DNA of 37,142 nt from a virus (lineage: Duplodnaviria; Heunggongvirae; Uroviricota; Caudoviricetes). The stretch lies in IMG/VR virus record IMGVR_UViG_2737471867_000005; one strand, written 5' to 3'. The translations under genes and the position numbers were made by a program. Shown one piece after another: positions 10,739 through 19,753 of this stretch. The first letter of the stretch is position 1, and every line of letters starts with the position of its first letter. The notes beneath the pieces were generated by a model. It ran no database searches, had not been told where the DNA came from, and worked only from the letters and a program-made list of their open reading frames with translations.

Positions 10739-11215
10739 ATGATGCCAGTTAGCTGTTACCTCTGCATTTTCTTAAACGTTCAATTGGGAGAAGCGGCAAA
10801 ACGGGATGTCGGAACCGGTAATAATCAACTCCCGGACATGTCCGCATTTGGTATGTCGCGAAACGGACAAACTGCCTGGGATATTCTCCCAAATGGTATG
10901 ATTCGACAGGCTGGCACTGTGACACTGACACCAGTTGGTAACTTCAACGCGCAGGTGCTTGGTGGGGTGACGTACTACACCCATTACTACAGGGTTAATT
11001 TCCCCAGACAATTCCCAAATGCACAAATAGCAACGCTGGCAACACTAGCGAGTTACAGCTATTCGACCCAGGCAACAATGGCCGGAAAATCACTGGCAAC
11101 GCATCGCGATACTGATTCTGGCACTGACGTATCAAGAACGCGATTCACTGTGACGTATACGACACCCAATCTCGGCGAAACACCGACACTGCATTTTGAA
11201 GCAATAGGATACTAA
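10739..11215 (+). CDS. alternative tail-fibre C-terminal segment (H variable part prime; no own start, expressed only after inversion)
   Basis: Shares the LGE...AA(K/T)RDVG junction motif with H but runs in the opposite direction; the ATG at 10739 is only an ORF-track start. Confidence 0.65.
   Translation: MMPVSCYLCIFLNVQLGEAAKRDVGTGNNQLPDMSAFGMSRNGQTAWDILPNGMIRQAGTVTLTPVGNFNAQVLGGVTYYTHYYRVNFPRQFPNAQIATLATLASYSYSTQATMAGKSLATHRDTDSGTDVSRTRFTVTYTTPNLGETPTLHFEAIGY
10767..10792. other. invertase recombination site (left, gix/cix-like)
   Basis: 26-bp quasi-palindrome TTTTCTTAAACG-TT-CAATTGGGAGAA with one half-site TTCTCCCAAttg. Confidence 0.55.
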
Positions 11216-11217
11216 AT

Positions 11218-11451
11218 ATGGAGAATATCTATTTCAGCCCGACGACCGTTGGTTTTTATGTTTCTGAACAAGAGCGACCTGATGATGCGGTTGAAGTCTC
11301 GCCAGAGGTGGAGGCATTTTTGAGGGAGTGTGTTATCTGGGGAGCGGATACATTTAACGTAGAGCGAGATGCAGCAACGGTGACATATCCAACAGAACTG
11401 CTTGAATATGTCACCACCTACAACGCCCCCGTTAAATATCCTGCGGATTGA
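11218..11451 (+). CDS. alternative tail fibre assembly protein (short, possibly truncated)
   Basis: 77-aa ORF directly after the alternative fibre end, converging on the active tfa gene. Confidence 0.5.
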   Translation: MENIYFSPTTVGFYVSEQERPDDAVEVSPEVEAFLRECVIWGADTFNVERDAATVTYPTELLEYVTTYNAPVKYPAD

Positions 11452-11842
11452 CAGGCCATACGGGTTTTGCTGTATCAACGCGCATCAGCAAGACCCGGTA
11501 TTTTTTCCATTCAGATAACGCGGCGGTTTCTTCTGCCGTCGCGATTTCCGCATCAAAAGCATCCTGTCTCCAGACTATTTCCTTATCAGCCATAGAACGC
11601 AATACCGTTCTTTTCTGTTCAGCCTGAATAATCTGTTGTTCAGCGGAGAGTGGCGGGATATCAATCCACGCAGGATTACCATTTTTATCAGCCCCCAGCG
11701 TTTTGCCTTGTGGCGCTACGCCTGTGTAAATTGCCATTGTTTCATCATCAACATCAACGCCATTTTCAGGCCATGAACCGGCGCTGATATATACCTCTTT
11801 TAGTGCTTTCGGATAGAAAGAGCCTTTATAAAATTTATTCAT
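11432..11842 (-). CDS. G: tail fibre assembly protein (P2 G-like)
   Basis: ATG 2 nt after the H stop (TAA-GA-ATG); the start is trimmed from the ORF-track 11872. Confidence 0.8.
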   Translation of the reverse strand: MNKFYKGSFYPKALKEVYISAGSWPENGVDVDDETMAIYTGVAPQGKTLGADKNGNPAWIDIPPLSAEQQIIQAEQKRTVLRSMADKEIVWRQDAFDAEIATAEETAALSEWKKYRVLLMRVDTAKPVWPVNPQDI

Positions 11843-11844
11843 TC

Positions 11845-13362
11845 TTAATACCCCAGCGCGATAAAACAACAATCTTCGGTGCCCTCTCCGGATGGCGACC
11901 AGTTCTGAATACTGATATGCGTTCTGCTGGCAATACGCACATTCATCGCGGCATTGTAGCCAGATGTTCCACGGTTTCCGGTCGCAAATAAGCCGGCATA
12001 GGGAAAAGCAAATGGTAAGGCATATCCAGCATCAGCTCCCTTTTGTGTTGCCACCGTTCCCCACTGCAACATAAGTTTCACCGGGTTTCCTGTCGTCGCA
12101 ATGCATGGAATGTAGATGTAGCCACTCCCTGACATCATTGACCTGAAGCTGTCTAAATCCAGTAACTTCGAGGCATTATCTGCTCCAACATCTCGTGTTG
12201 CGGCGGTCCCTAACTGGAGCGCATTTCGGAAGGCTGATACATCAGAAATATCAGCTCCATTAGCCGATTTCTGCATAGCTCCGGAGGCTTTATTTATCGT
12301 TTCTCCCAAACCAAGGTATGTGAGAAGACCAGCTACATCCTTTCCACTCAAATTGGTAAGCGTATTGTCCAGCGGTTGTTTACCTGCCAGCGCATTAAGC
12401 ATTGCCGTGGCAAAGTTCGGATCATTCCCCAGTGCCGCCGCCAGTTCGTTCAGTGTATCCAGTGCAGCAGGTGCAGAACCCACCATTCCTGCAATCGCCG
12501 ATTTCACAAAAGCCGTAGTGGCAATCTGTGTATTGTTGACCGACTGCGCCGCCGTGGGGGCTGTTGGCGTTCCGGTGAGTGCCGGACTCGACAACGGTGC
12601 TTTTAGTGCCAGCGCATTGTTAATGGTGGTACTGAAATTCGGATCATTGTTAATGGCTGCGGCTATTTCTTTCAGCGTGTCCAGCGTGGCTGGCGCACCA
12701 TTAATAAGGGCCGTCAGTGCCGCCTGTACAAACGCAGTGGTCGCAACCTGCGTGGTATTATTCCCCGCCGCTGGCGTTGGCGCTTTGGGGGTTCCGGTAA
12801 ATGTCGGGCTGGCTTTTGGCGCGTACTGTGAATGCGGGTCCGGTGCGGCAAGATGTTTTGCCATCTGATCATCCGCGTACACCTTCAGCTCCAGTGCCTT
12901 GTCATCCACATACTTGCGGGTTGCCAGCACTACAGCAGGGTCGATTTTCAGGGTGATATTGTCCGTGCTGCTGGTAATCAGCACCATGCGCACGGTCTGA
13001 GTGCGCCCGCTACCTTCAGCCAGTTGCGGCTTATAGCTTTCCGGGCAGTTGCCCACGGCAATCAATGCCCCGGACTCATCAAACAAGCCCACTTCACGTA
13101 TCCACCAACCGCCCTCGTTTTCAGGGATCACCTGTTCGGCAATAATCTGGCTGCTGTTCTGCGGGTCGATATAAAGCATATTCAGCGCAGCCCGGCGTTT
13201 CTCATTTACCAGTGCCGTCTGCTTTGCGTCCGGCGTTGGCAATACTCCACCGCCATCGCCCACCGCCATATGGGTAATTTTTAGCGGCACACCGAGCGCG
13301 GCGGCGCTGGCAAGTTTCGCCGCGCCAATATCCGTCAGCAGGGTATAAAATTTTGTGCTCAT
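11845..13362 (-). CDS. H: tail fibre protein H
   Basis: 505-aa protein with a P2 H-like N-terminus (MSTKFYTLLTDIGAAKLA...MAVGDGGG), internal repeats, and a variable C-terminus inside the invertible cassette. Confidence 0.9.
   Translation of the reverse strand: MSTKFYTLLTDIGAAKLASAAALGVPLKITHMAVGDGGGVLPTPDAKQTALVNEKRRAALNMLYIDPQNSSQIIAEQVIPENEGGWWIREVGLFDESGALIAVGNCPESYKPQLAEGSGRTQTVRMVLITSSTDNITLKIDPAVVLATRKYVDDKALELKVYADDQMAKHLAAPDPHSQYAPKASPTFTGTPKAPTPAAGNNTTQVATTAFVQAALTALINGAPATLDTLKEIAAAINNDPNFSTTINNALALKAPLSSPALTGTPTAPTAAQSVNNTQIATTAFVKSAIAGMVGSAPAALDTLNELAAALGNDPNFATAMLNALAGKQPLDNTLTNLSGKDVAGLLTYLGLGETINKASGAMQKSANGADISDVSAFRNALQLGTAATRDVGADNASKLLDLDSFRSMMSGSGYIYIPCIATTGNPVKLMLQWGTVATQKGADAGYALPFAFPYAGLFATGNRGTSGYNAAMNVRIASRTHISIQNWSPSGEGTEDCCFIALGY
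12301..12326. other. invertase recombination site (right, inside H coding sequence)
   Basis: TTCTCCCAAACC-AA-GGTATGTGAGAA; the first half-site resembles the hix/gix/cix half-sites as I recall them. Encodes LTYLGLGE of H. Confidence 0.65.
12361..12798 (-). repeat. tandem duplication (about 2 x 219 bp) within H
   Basis: Protein motifs TGTP.APT.A...NNTQ.ATTAFV and APA.LDTL.E.AAA..NDPNF occur twice in tandem. Confidence 0.55.
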
Positions 13363-13964
13363 GGATTCACTCTCATTGTGTCAATAACATGGACCGCCCC
13401 GCCTTCATGCGCGGTGCCACCGGAAATAATCGTTTCGTTGATATACGGATAGATCGTGATTTCTTCGCCAAGATAGCTGGCGGCTCCCACCCAATGCGGG
13501 CCGCTGGTCTGCAGATTGATGGACATGCCGATCATGTGGCGGCTACATGGTTTGGCATCGCTTATCAGTCGCTCAAGTTCCAGATAGGTATCTTCAGTGA
13601 TACCCTGGTCCTGCACGCCGATATCCAGGCGAAACGTGCCCGGTGTTTCTCCGGTCTGCCACCACTCAATAATGCGGATCAGGAATCCGAACGGCTCCAC
13701 CACCCGCCGCACGGCACTGGTGGTCCCTTTATGCTGATGAATATAAAAAGCATCCTTCACCACCTGGCGCTTGACGCTTTCTGTCCAGCCCTCGTCCCAG
13801 CGATCCACAGAGAACGCCCAGGCGAGATAAGGCAGGAAACTGACCGGACAGGTTGCCGGATTCCACAAGTCACGAAGCGGCACCTGCAGATCAGAAATCC
13901 CGCTGCAGGTTTGCGCCAGTCGGCGCTCCAGTGGTGTTGAACCCGGTGGCAGCAGACTATTCAT
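13359..13964 (-). CDS. I: baseplate protein I
   Basis: 201-aa ORF with a GGAGG RBS; P2 order between J and H. Confidence 0.85.
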   Translation of the reverse strand: MNSLLPPGSTPLERRLAQTCSGISDLQVPLRDLWNPATCPVSFLPYLAWAFSVDRWDEGWTESVKRQVVKDAFYIHQHKGTTSAVRRVVEPFGFLIRIIEWWQTGETPGTFRLDIGVQDQGITEDTYLELERLISDAKPCSRHMIGMSINLQTSGPHWVGAASYLGEEITIYPYINETIISGGTAHEGGAVHVIDTMRVNP

Positions 13965-14865
13965 CCGTTCCTCCGTTGGTTACGCTCCACTGCGTACATG
14001 ATGCCGCCTGTGTTTTGTTCAGGACCACATCCGCCAGAGGAGAAGCCAGCTCCACACGCTGCACCCCCTCAACATGCAGGGCGGCAAAGATGGCGCTACG
14101 GCGAATATCCCGACCAAGACGCGTCTGACTGGCGATGTACTTCTGCAGGCTGGCTTTTGCCGCTGCCATTACCGGCTCTGCTTCCGGTCCAGGATAGAGA
14201 AAAATGGTGGCTTCCACGCGATACGGGATGATTTCTGCGCTGCGAACCGTAAGACGGTCAGCCACCGGGCGGACGTTCTCACTGTTCAGAGCTTTTTCCA
14301 CCACGTCCAGCAGGTCTTTTTCTGCAGTTCCATCGCCTTCGCGGCTAAGGACAGTCAGCACCACCTCTGCAGGTGCCGGGCTGGTTGCACTGGCATCCGC
14401 CACCCGACCGTCGGCGCTTCGGGCATGAAATTCATAAGCTGCAGTTGGCCCCGCAACAGAAAGCCCTTCAAAGGCTGCAGGCACACGCAGGCGCAACGCT
14501 TCATCGCTTTCCATCACAGCTGCAACGGGCGGCACAGCATCATTATCAGCAGGCGTCACCGTCAGGCGTGTCACGTTGTAGTTGGCAGCGAGCTGGTCAA
14601 GATCGCCGCCCATCGCGTAAGCCACCATCACCGCCTGCGCGGCTTCGTTAATGCGCTGGCGCAGAAGCAACTCACGGTAAGCGTTCTCCTGCAACAATTT
14701 AGTGGCGGGTTCAGATTCCAGTTCCAGCGTGCGGATCACTGCTTCCTGCTCATCTTTCGGATGAAGCGCCACAAATTCTGCCTTGCGTTCGGCAAGCAGC
14801 GTCTCAAAGTCCGGCACATCCACAATCTGCGGTGCAGGCAACTGCGAAAGGTCAATCACTGCCAT
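13957..14865 (-). CDS. J: baseplate protein J
   Basis: Start trimmed to the ATG at 14865 (AGGAG RBS, 302 aa). Confidence 0.85.
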   Translation of the reverse strand: MAVIDLSQLPAPQIVDVPDFETLLAERKAEFVALHPKDEQEAVIRTLELESEPATKLLQENAYRELLLRQRINEAAQAVMVAYAMGGDLDQLAANYNVTRLTVTPADNDAVPPVAAVMESDEALRLRVPAAFEGLSVAGPTAAYEFHARSADGRVADASATSPAPAEVVLTVLSREGDGTAEKDLLDVVEKALNSENVRPVADRLTVRSAEIIPYRVEATIFLYPGPEAEPVMAAAKASLQKYIASQTRLGRDIRRSAIFAALHVEGVQRVELASPLADVVLNKTQAASCTQWSVTNGGTDE

Positions 14866-15211
14866 TCTCTGCTCCTGTTGATACGGAAAGGGACACAGGC
14901 ACACCGTTATTCCGCCGCCCGGTCAGCTCCACCACCATTGAACCGTCAAAATTGCTGTTGATGGTGATGGAATCCAGCGTCAACCGTGGCTCCCAGCGAC
15001 TCAGCGCCACATACACTGCCGACATGACCTGCAGGCGTAATGCCGGATTTTGTGGCTGATCTATCAGTGCCGACAGCAGGGAACCATATTCCCGGCGGGC
15101 AATACGGCTACCCTGCGGTGTCAGCAGAATGTCCCGCACCGACTGGCGCAGATGATCAATATCAGTAATGACTTTGCCGCTGGTATTGTTCATCCCGCTA
15201 TAAAGCGTCAT
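14852..15211 (-). CDS. W: baseplate wedge protein W
   Basis: 119-aa ORF between V and J. Confidence 0.85.
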   Translation of the reverse strand: MTLYSGMNNTSGKVITDIDHLRQSVRDILLTPQGSRIARREYGSLLSALIDQPQNPALRLQVMSAVYVALSRWEPRLTLDSITINSNFDGSMVVELTGRRNNGVPVSLSVSTGAENGSD

Positions 15212-15786
15212 ACCGGGCCTCCAGTTGTATCGCCGCCTTTCAGGACGCCAGTATGCTGATGCGCATCAACCACGATCCCGTTAGAACTCATCGCTCCGCC
15301 GCCCTGGGTAACGCCACCATTGATCACCACTTCGCTGTTAATGCGCGTGCGGTCAGCCTCCAGTACAAACTCACTGGTTTTCATGGTGATGTTGTCAGCA
15401 GCCTCAATGACCATTGATTTGATGCCCCTGACATACCAGCGCCCGGTGGCGGGTTCGTATTCAAACCAGCCACCGTCAGGATGTTCTGTCACGCAGGCGT
15501 CCGCCGACGTCGACGGTGGTGCGAACTGATTCGAATAGACAGCGGGCAGCGCAAAGGCGGTTTCCAGATTGCCGCCCAGACTCAGCAGCACCACCTGCTC
15601 ACCTTCCGATGGTCGCCACCATGTACGGGCATTCCCGGCACGCAGCGTCAGCCAGCTGATCCAGTTGGTTTCAAGCTCGCCCGTTTTCACCCGGCAAAGC
15701 CAGTTTTCCCTGTCCACTTCGGTGACTACCCCTGTGCGGATCAGGTTGGTGATAAGGCGCATGATTTCGGTTAATTGTGCGTTCAT
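15208..15786 (-). CDS. V: baseplate spike/hub protein V
   Basis: 192-aa ORF, first gene after a late promoter. Confidence 0.85.
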   Translation of the reverse strand: MNAQLTEIMRLITNLIRTGVVTEVDRENWLCRVKTGELETNWISWLTLRAGNARTWWRPSEGEQVVLLSLGGNLETAFALPAVYSNQFAPPSTSADACVTEHPDGGWFEYEPATGRWYVRGIKSMVIEAADNITMKTSEFVLEADRTRINSEVVINGGVTQGGGAMSSNGIVVDAHQHTGVLKGGDTTGGPV

Positions 15787-15832
15787 AGGGAAAGGTTGCC
15801 ATCAGGGGAAGAAAGGCGGCAGTGCTGCAACT

Positions 15833-15850
15833 TGTATCAGTGCTGATACA
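15833..15850 (-). promoter_or_regulatory. Ogr-type late promoter site (TGT-N12-ACA) upstream of V
   Basis: TGTatcagtgctgatACA in the S-V intergenic gap. Confidence 0.65.
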
Positions 15851-15854
15851 AAGA

Positions 15855-16301
15855 TCACCCCGCCAGCCATTGCAGAATCATGTCGCGGGTCATTGCCTCA
15901 ACATCATCATTTACACCCAGAAGGCGACGCTCTGCGTAACGCACCTCCGGTCCCTTACGACTGACGCGATCTCGCAGGCCGTAATGGTGAACGCGGGCAA
16001 TGCGCTGCACCTTGCCTTCAAACTGCACGCTGGCAGAGTCGGTGCTGGCGGCAGTTTTCAGGTATTTTGTGGTGCGCAGCTTTGCAAACATCTGACGTTT
16101 GATACGGCCTTTTTTACTGCGTGCTGTTACCCGTCGCGGTTCATAGCTGCTGCCGTCTGGGTTGCGCTGCATCCTGATATTCTGCTGCTGTGTCCGGCGA
16201 AGTTCCTGCGCCAGCTGGCGCATCATGCGGCTTCTCGAGGCTGGTTCCAGATTCGCCAGCAAGGCACTCAGCCAGTCGTCCACCTTCTGCAGTTCAGCCA
16301 C
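15855..16301 (-). CDS. S: tail completion protein S
   Basis: 148-aa ORF, P2 order. Confidence 0.82.
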   Translation of the reverse strand: MAELQKVDDWLSALLANLEPASRSRMMRQLAQELRRTQQQNIRMQRNPDGSSYEPRRVTARSKKGRIKRQMFAKLRTTKYLKTAASTDSASVQFEGKVQRIARVHHYGLRDRVSRKGPEVRYAERRLLGVNDDVEAMTRDMILQWLAG

Positions 16302-16725
16302 GTTTCACCGTCCACATTTCTTCAGGTGCATCAGGTTCCGCTATAGCTTCAACGCTCGACACACTGCCGTCAGTGCTGACCAGCACACGTTCCGTCAGTT
16401 GCAGGTTCAGGCTGATATCACAGACATCGTTGCGCAGAATATCCACCTCAAAGGTGAATAGCTTTTCCCGTAACGCCGGGTTATTGATGGCATCGGGCTG
16501 GTTATCCCTCAGCCACAGCAAAACCGGGGCCATCAGCAGATTCTGGTCGCCGCTGAAATCCTCAATCACCGCGTTCAGTGTGTAACGGTACTCCCACGAC
16601 ATGGAGCTGGCCCCCGTGGCAACCAGCGAACCGTTATCCACAAACAGATGCAGTTTGTCCGGGTTATTGCGGACATAAGGCACCGCTTTATTGAGGGCGT
16701 GGCGCAGGGATTGTGGTTTGTTCAC
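16294..16725 (-). CDS. R: tail completion protein R
   Basis: Probable GTG start at 16725 preceded by AGGAGC; N-terminus then reads NKPQSLRHAL as in P2 R. Confidence 0.8.
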   Translation of the reverse strand: MNKPQSLRHALNKAVPYVRNNPDKLHLFVDNGSLVATGASSMSWEYRYTLNAVIEDFSGDQNLLMAPVLLWLRDNQPDAINNPALREKLFTFEVDILRNDVCDISLNLQLTERVLVSTDGSVSSVEAIAEPDAPEEMWTVKRG

Positions 16726-16978
16726 TGTTTCGCTCCTGACACGCAATAATCATGTCCACTTTGTCTGCACAGACCGCCCAGGCGGCCTCCGTTTCATCCA
16801 GCAACGCGTTCAGATCACCGTTAGTGCGCGGCGTTGCCTGATCCAGCCGACACGGCGTCACTCGCGGACAACCACTGACGGTAAGCCATACCTCCGGTGA
16901 GTGCCGGACGTTTCCGCAGCCGGATAATGTCAGCAGGCAAAGGAGTATCAGCCCAGCGGCGTAAATCCTCGTTCTCAC
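16688..16978 (-). CDS. lysC: o-spanin lipoprotein (LysC/Rz1-like)
   Basis: Signal peptide with lipobox LTLSGC; embedded out of frame in lysB. Confidence 0.75.
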   Translation of the reverse strand: MRTRIYAAGLILLCLLTLSGCGNVRHSPEVWLTVSGCPRVTPCRLDQATPRTNGDLNALLDETEAAWAVCADKVDMIIACQERNSEQTTIPAPRPQ

Positions 16979-17249
16979 GTTTCAGTTCCTCGATCCGGTG
17001 TTGTCGTTGTCTCAGCAGCGTGCTGGTCTGTTCTGCTTCGGCATAGAGCCGCGCCTGCTCCCGGTTATTGGTTTCAGTCAGAATGGACAGGCTGATAAGC
17101 TGGCTATTGCTCTTTGCCAGTGCCTGGCTTTTGCTCTGCAGCTCGTCTGCCTGCGTGCTGATGGTCTGGCTGGCATCAGCCAGCCGCCACGTCTGCCAGC
17201 CCAGCGCCGCCAGTAATAACGTCAGCACAACCAGCAGCAACCGGTTCAT
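16821..17249 (-). CDS. lysB: i-spanin (LysB/Rz-like)
   Basis: N-terminal TM helix followed by a coiled-coil periplasmic domain. Confidence 0.8.
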   Translation of the reverse strand: MNRLLLVVLTLLLAALGWQTWRLADASQTISTQADELQSKSQALAKSNSQLISLSILTETNNREQARLYAEAEQTSTLLRQRQHRIEELKRENEDLRRWADTPLPADIIRLRKRPALTGGMAYRQWLSASDAVSAGSGNAAH

Positions 17250-17623
17250 GCTGCTACCTGTTGCGCCATCTGATTACGGGTGATCCAGAAGGCAATAACG
17301 GTCAGTAGATAAAAGACCAGGGTAATAGCCCACCCCGTCCAGGCGAGACTTACAACAATCAGCAATCGCATCACCCAACTGGTAAATACGTTTTCTTTTC
17401 GGGTAATTGTCTTCAGCAAAGATGCCCTTAACTCCTGCCAGAGCGGGCCATTCTTAATTAACGCAGCCAGTGCTACCGGAATTACCGCCCATGTCAGCAA
17501 ACAGGCTACCCAAACGCCGGACGCTGCCAGTACCGGAAAAATCCCCTGCGGATACACCATTGCTGCGATTAACAGCGCCATCCATAACATCAGAAACAGT
17601 CCGCTGATTAATTTCTTTTTCAT
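17246..17623 (-). CDS. lysA: lysis timing membrane protein LysA
   Basis: Polytopic membrane ORF; start trimmed to the ATG at 17623 (GGGAG RBS). Confidence 0.75.
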   Translation of the reverse strand: MKKKLISGLFLMLWMALLIAAMVYPQGIFPVLAASGVWVACLLTWAVIPVALAALIKNGPLWQELRASLLKTITRKENVFTSWVMRLLIVVSLAWTGWAITLVFYLLTVIAFWITRNQMAQQVAA

Positions 17624-17624
17624 T

Positions 17625-18137
17625 TCAGTTTGCTCCCTGTAAACACCAGGCCATCTCCCGCGCACGGCGGTTATCCAGCCCCTGATTAAAAACACCTTTC
17701 ACATAAACCCAGCGCGGCAACTGTCGGCATGCATCCGCCCAGCGCCGCTGATTGAGCAATTTCACCAGCGTGGAACTACAGGCATTGCCCGTCCCCACGT
17801 TGAAGGCAAACGACACCGTAGCGTCATACACCTTCTGCGGCGGCTGTTGCTTCACACACCTTTCCAGCGCCCGCTCCACTCGTAGCACGTTGGAGATCAG
17901 CCCTTCAGCTGCCTGTCGTTCCGTAATAATTTTGCCGGGAATGACGCCCGACGTATTACCAATGCCGTCGGTCCAGACACCCGCGCTGCACTGATACGGC
18001 TGCAGACGACAGCCTTCATAATCGGCGATCAGTTTCAGTCCCTCCTCGGAGGTGTGAAGCTGCTGAAACCCCGGCAGCGTGGCAGCAATAGCCAGCACGG
18101 CCCCGACAAGGCAGCGTTTAACGATTGATGGATTCAT
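17625..18137 (-). CDS. K: SAR endolysin (lysozyme-like muramidase)
   Basis: N-terminal signal-anchor (VKRCLVGAVLAIAATLPGF) followed by an E-x8-(D/C)-x5-T lysozyme catalytic motif. Confidence 0.8.
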   Translation of the reverse strand: MNPSIVKRCLVGAVLAIAATLPGFQQLHTSEEGLKLIADYEGCRLQPYQCSAGVWTDGIGNTSGVIPGKIITERQAAEGLISNVLRVERALERCVKQQPPQKVYDATVSFAFNVGTGNACSSTLVKLLNQRRWADACRQLPRWVYVKGVFNQGLDNRRAREMAWCLQGAN

Positions 18138-18333
18138 AGTCCTCCCGCGAGATCTGCCCGTCGCGCAGAAGCTGGTAGGCTTTGTGTTTGTAGTACCAGT
18201 TGATAGCCAGCATCAGCACACCGATCATCAGGCCGCCCAGCGTTGAGGCATCCTTGATGGACAAATCGCCCAGCCAGGCCAGCACGACGGCGATGCAATA
18301 CGTGATAAAGGCGCTGATTCGCTCAAGCGTCAT
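18118..18333 (-). CDS. holin (pinholin-like, two TM segments)
   Basis: 71-aa two-TM protein with a charged C-terminus, directly upstream of the SAR endolysin. Confidence 0.7.
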   Translation of the reverse strand: MTLERISAFITYCIAVVLAWLGDLSIKDASTLGGLMIGVLMLAINWYYKHKAYQLLRDGQISREDYESINR

Positions 18334-18336
18334 AAT

Positions 18337-18540
18337 TCAGTCCCATAGCTGGACGGTCTGCACGGTGGTGGTTGTCGGAATGTCCGGCAGCTCCACCTGC
18401 AGCCCGTGAGGTAAAAAGGGGCCGTATTCGGCAAGCCCCGGATTTGCCTTCAGTACCTGCTCCGTGACACCCTGCGTGCGCCCGTAATGACGCCAGCAAA
18501 GTGCGTCCACCGTGTCATACTGATGCGCACGCACTTTCAT
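18337..18540 (-). CDS. X: tail protein X
   Basis: 67-aa ORF between L and the holin, P2 order. Confidence 0.8.
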   Translation of the reverse strand: MKVRAHQYDTVDALCWRHYGRTQGVTEQVLKANPGLAEYGPFLPHGLQVELPDIPTTTTVQTVQLWD

Positions 18541-19004
18541 CAGATAAGCTCCACTGTGCAGTGCGGCGCATCCTGCACCCGGCTGATGGCCCAGCGGGCG
18601 TCACGCCATAAATCACCGCTTGCTTCCGCCAGTTCCTCGCCTCGCTTCGCACCGGATGCCGTGGCGTCATAGTCCTGGTAACGTTCGTTGAGCATGGCGC
18701 GTGCCCAGCAATAAACCGCGTTGAAATAGTGCTGAATGCGCTCGCTTTTGCCGTCCAGTTGTTCCGCCGGGACTTCTGCCAGCGAGGCATACCCCAGCAT
18801 CTGCTGGCGTCTGCGAAACTCATACAGCTCTGCGTTGACCTCCGAAATTGCCGACAGGGCAACCTGTTTTAAACGCGGCTGCGTCACCGTGCCGTCAGTG
18901 CGCATCACACTGCGAAACTCCGACAGGTCCACATCAGGCCAGAACGGCGTATTCCTGATGATTTCCGCCTGTTCCGGTGCCTGTTCTGGCGCAACAAACT
19001 TCAT
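18540..19004 (-). CDS. L: head completion protein L
   Basis: ATG at 19004 with an AGGAGA RBS; the ORF track extends to a GTG at 19067. Confidence 0.8.
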   Translation of the reverse strand: MKFVAPEQAPEQAEIIRNTPFWPDVDLSEFRSVMRTDGTVTQPRLKQVALSAISEVNAELYEFRRRQQMLGYASLAEVPAEQLDGKSERIQHYFNAVYCWARAMLNERYQDYDATASGAKRGEELAEASGDLWRDARWAISRVQDAPHCTVELI

Positions 19005-19099
19005 GCTGCTTTCTCCTGAAATAGAGGGCGGTGGACGGGGTTTTGATGTGGCAGTGCCTTTCGCCACCCCGTGCCGCCCGTGCGCGGGGGCACGTTCTG

Positions 19100-19750
19100 T
19101 CAGCGGCTGTCATTGCGCAGTCTGCGCTCCAGCTGCTGTTTGTCTTTTTTCACGCCACAGCGGGGATCGAGCTGTAACGCATGGTTGAGATGATTAAGGG
19201 CAGACGCCGGATTTCTTTCACTCAGGACAGCGCCAATCGCTTTATGCAGACGCGCCCGTGACTGGTCCGGCATATCCATACCGTCTGTCAGCTCCAGGGT
19301 CTGCAGCAACAGATCGACATCAAAGCCGGTGGCGGCAAGCATTGCGCTCTGGGCTGCATCTGCCATTTCCTCTGCCAGCACGGTCTGCACGTTGCGGTTA
19401 CCTAACGGCATCACCCAGCCATGACGCAGGGCGTGATGCCCGATCTCCAGCGCCCCGGCATAATCTCCGGCATCAATGCGCCACAGCATCACGTACATCA
19501 GCACGTCATCCTGTTGAGCGCCTCCGGCAGCCAGGACACCCTCCGCCCAGGCGGCGTACTTCGGCAGCAGCTCCACCTTGATTTCCGCTTTTTTGACCGT
19601 GGACTGAACGCCCTTGAGACGGCGGCGGTCTTCCGCCAGTTGCAGCAGCATCAGGTCATAGCCCGACGCGTGGCGAACGCTGCCGCCCTCGCGGGCGGCC
19701 TGTTCAGCCTGAACGCGCAGGCGATGCTGCCGTGCGGGACTCAGGCTCAT
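19100..19750 (-). CDS. M: terminase small/endonuclease subunit M
   Basis: 216-aa ORF after N, P2 order. Confidence 0.82.
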   Translation of the reverse strand: MSLSPARQHRLRVQAEQAAREGGSVRHASGYDLMLLQLAEDRRRLKGVQSTVKKAEIKVELLPKYAAWAEGVLAAGGAQQDDVLMYVMLWRIDAGDYAGALEIGHHALRHGWVMPLGNRNVQTVLAEEMADAAQSAMLAATGFDVDLLLQTLELTDGMDMPDQSRARLHKAIGAVLSERNPASALNHLNHALQLDPRCGVKKDKQQLERRLRNDSR

Positions 19751-19753
19751 GAA

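Larger units (their letters stand above)
10767..12326. other. invertible tail-fibre C-terminal cassette (about 1.56 kb)
   Basis: Bounded by two inverted 26-bp sites; contains two alternative fibre C-termini and two tail-fibre assembly genes in opposite orientation, with the invertase outside. Confidence 0.7.

Noticed and set aside
10739-10766. ATG at 10739 as a genuine start for an independent protein
   Set aside because: The segment is the alternative C-terminus of the tail fibre and lacks an N-terminal domain; the ATG precedes the recombination site and is more likely fortuitous.
12320-12868. 182-aa plus-strand ORF (and 12376..12606, 12832..13284) inside tail-fibre gene H
   Set aside because: Shadow ORFs opposite the repetitive H gene; Ala/Ser-rich low-complexity product.
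14074-14961. 295-aa plus-strand ORF overlapping baseplate gene J
   Set aside because: Antisense to a well-supported gene in conserved P2 order; Cys/His/Arg-rich translation typical of a wrong frame.
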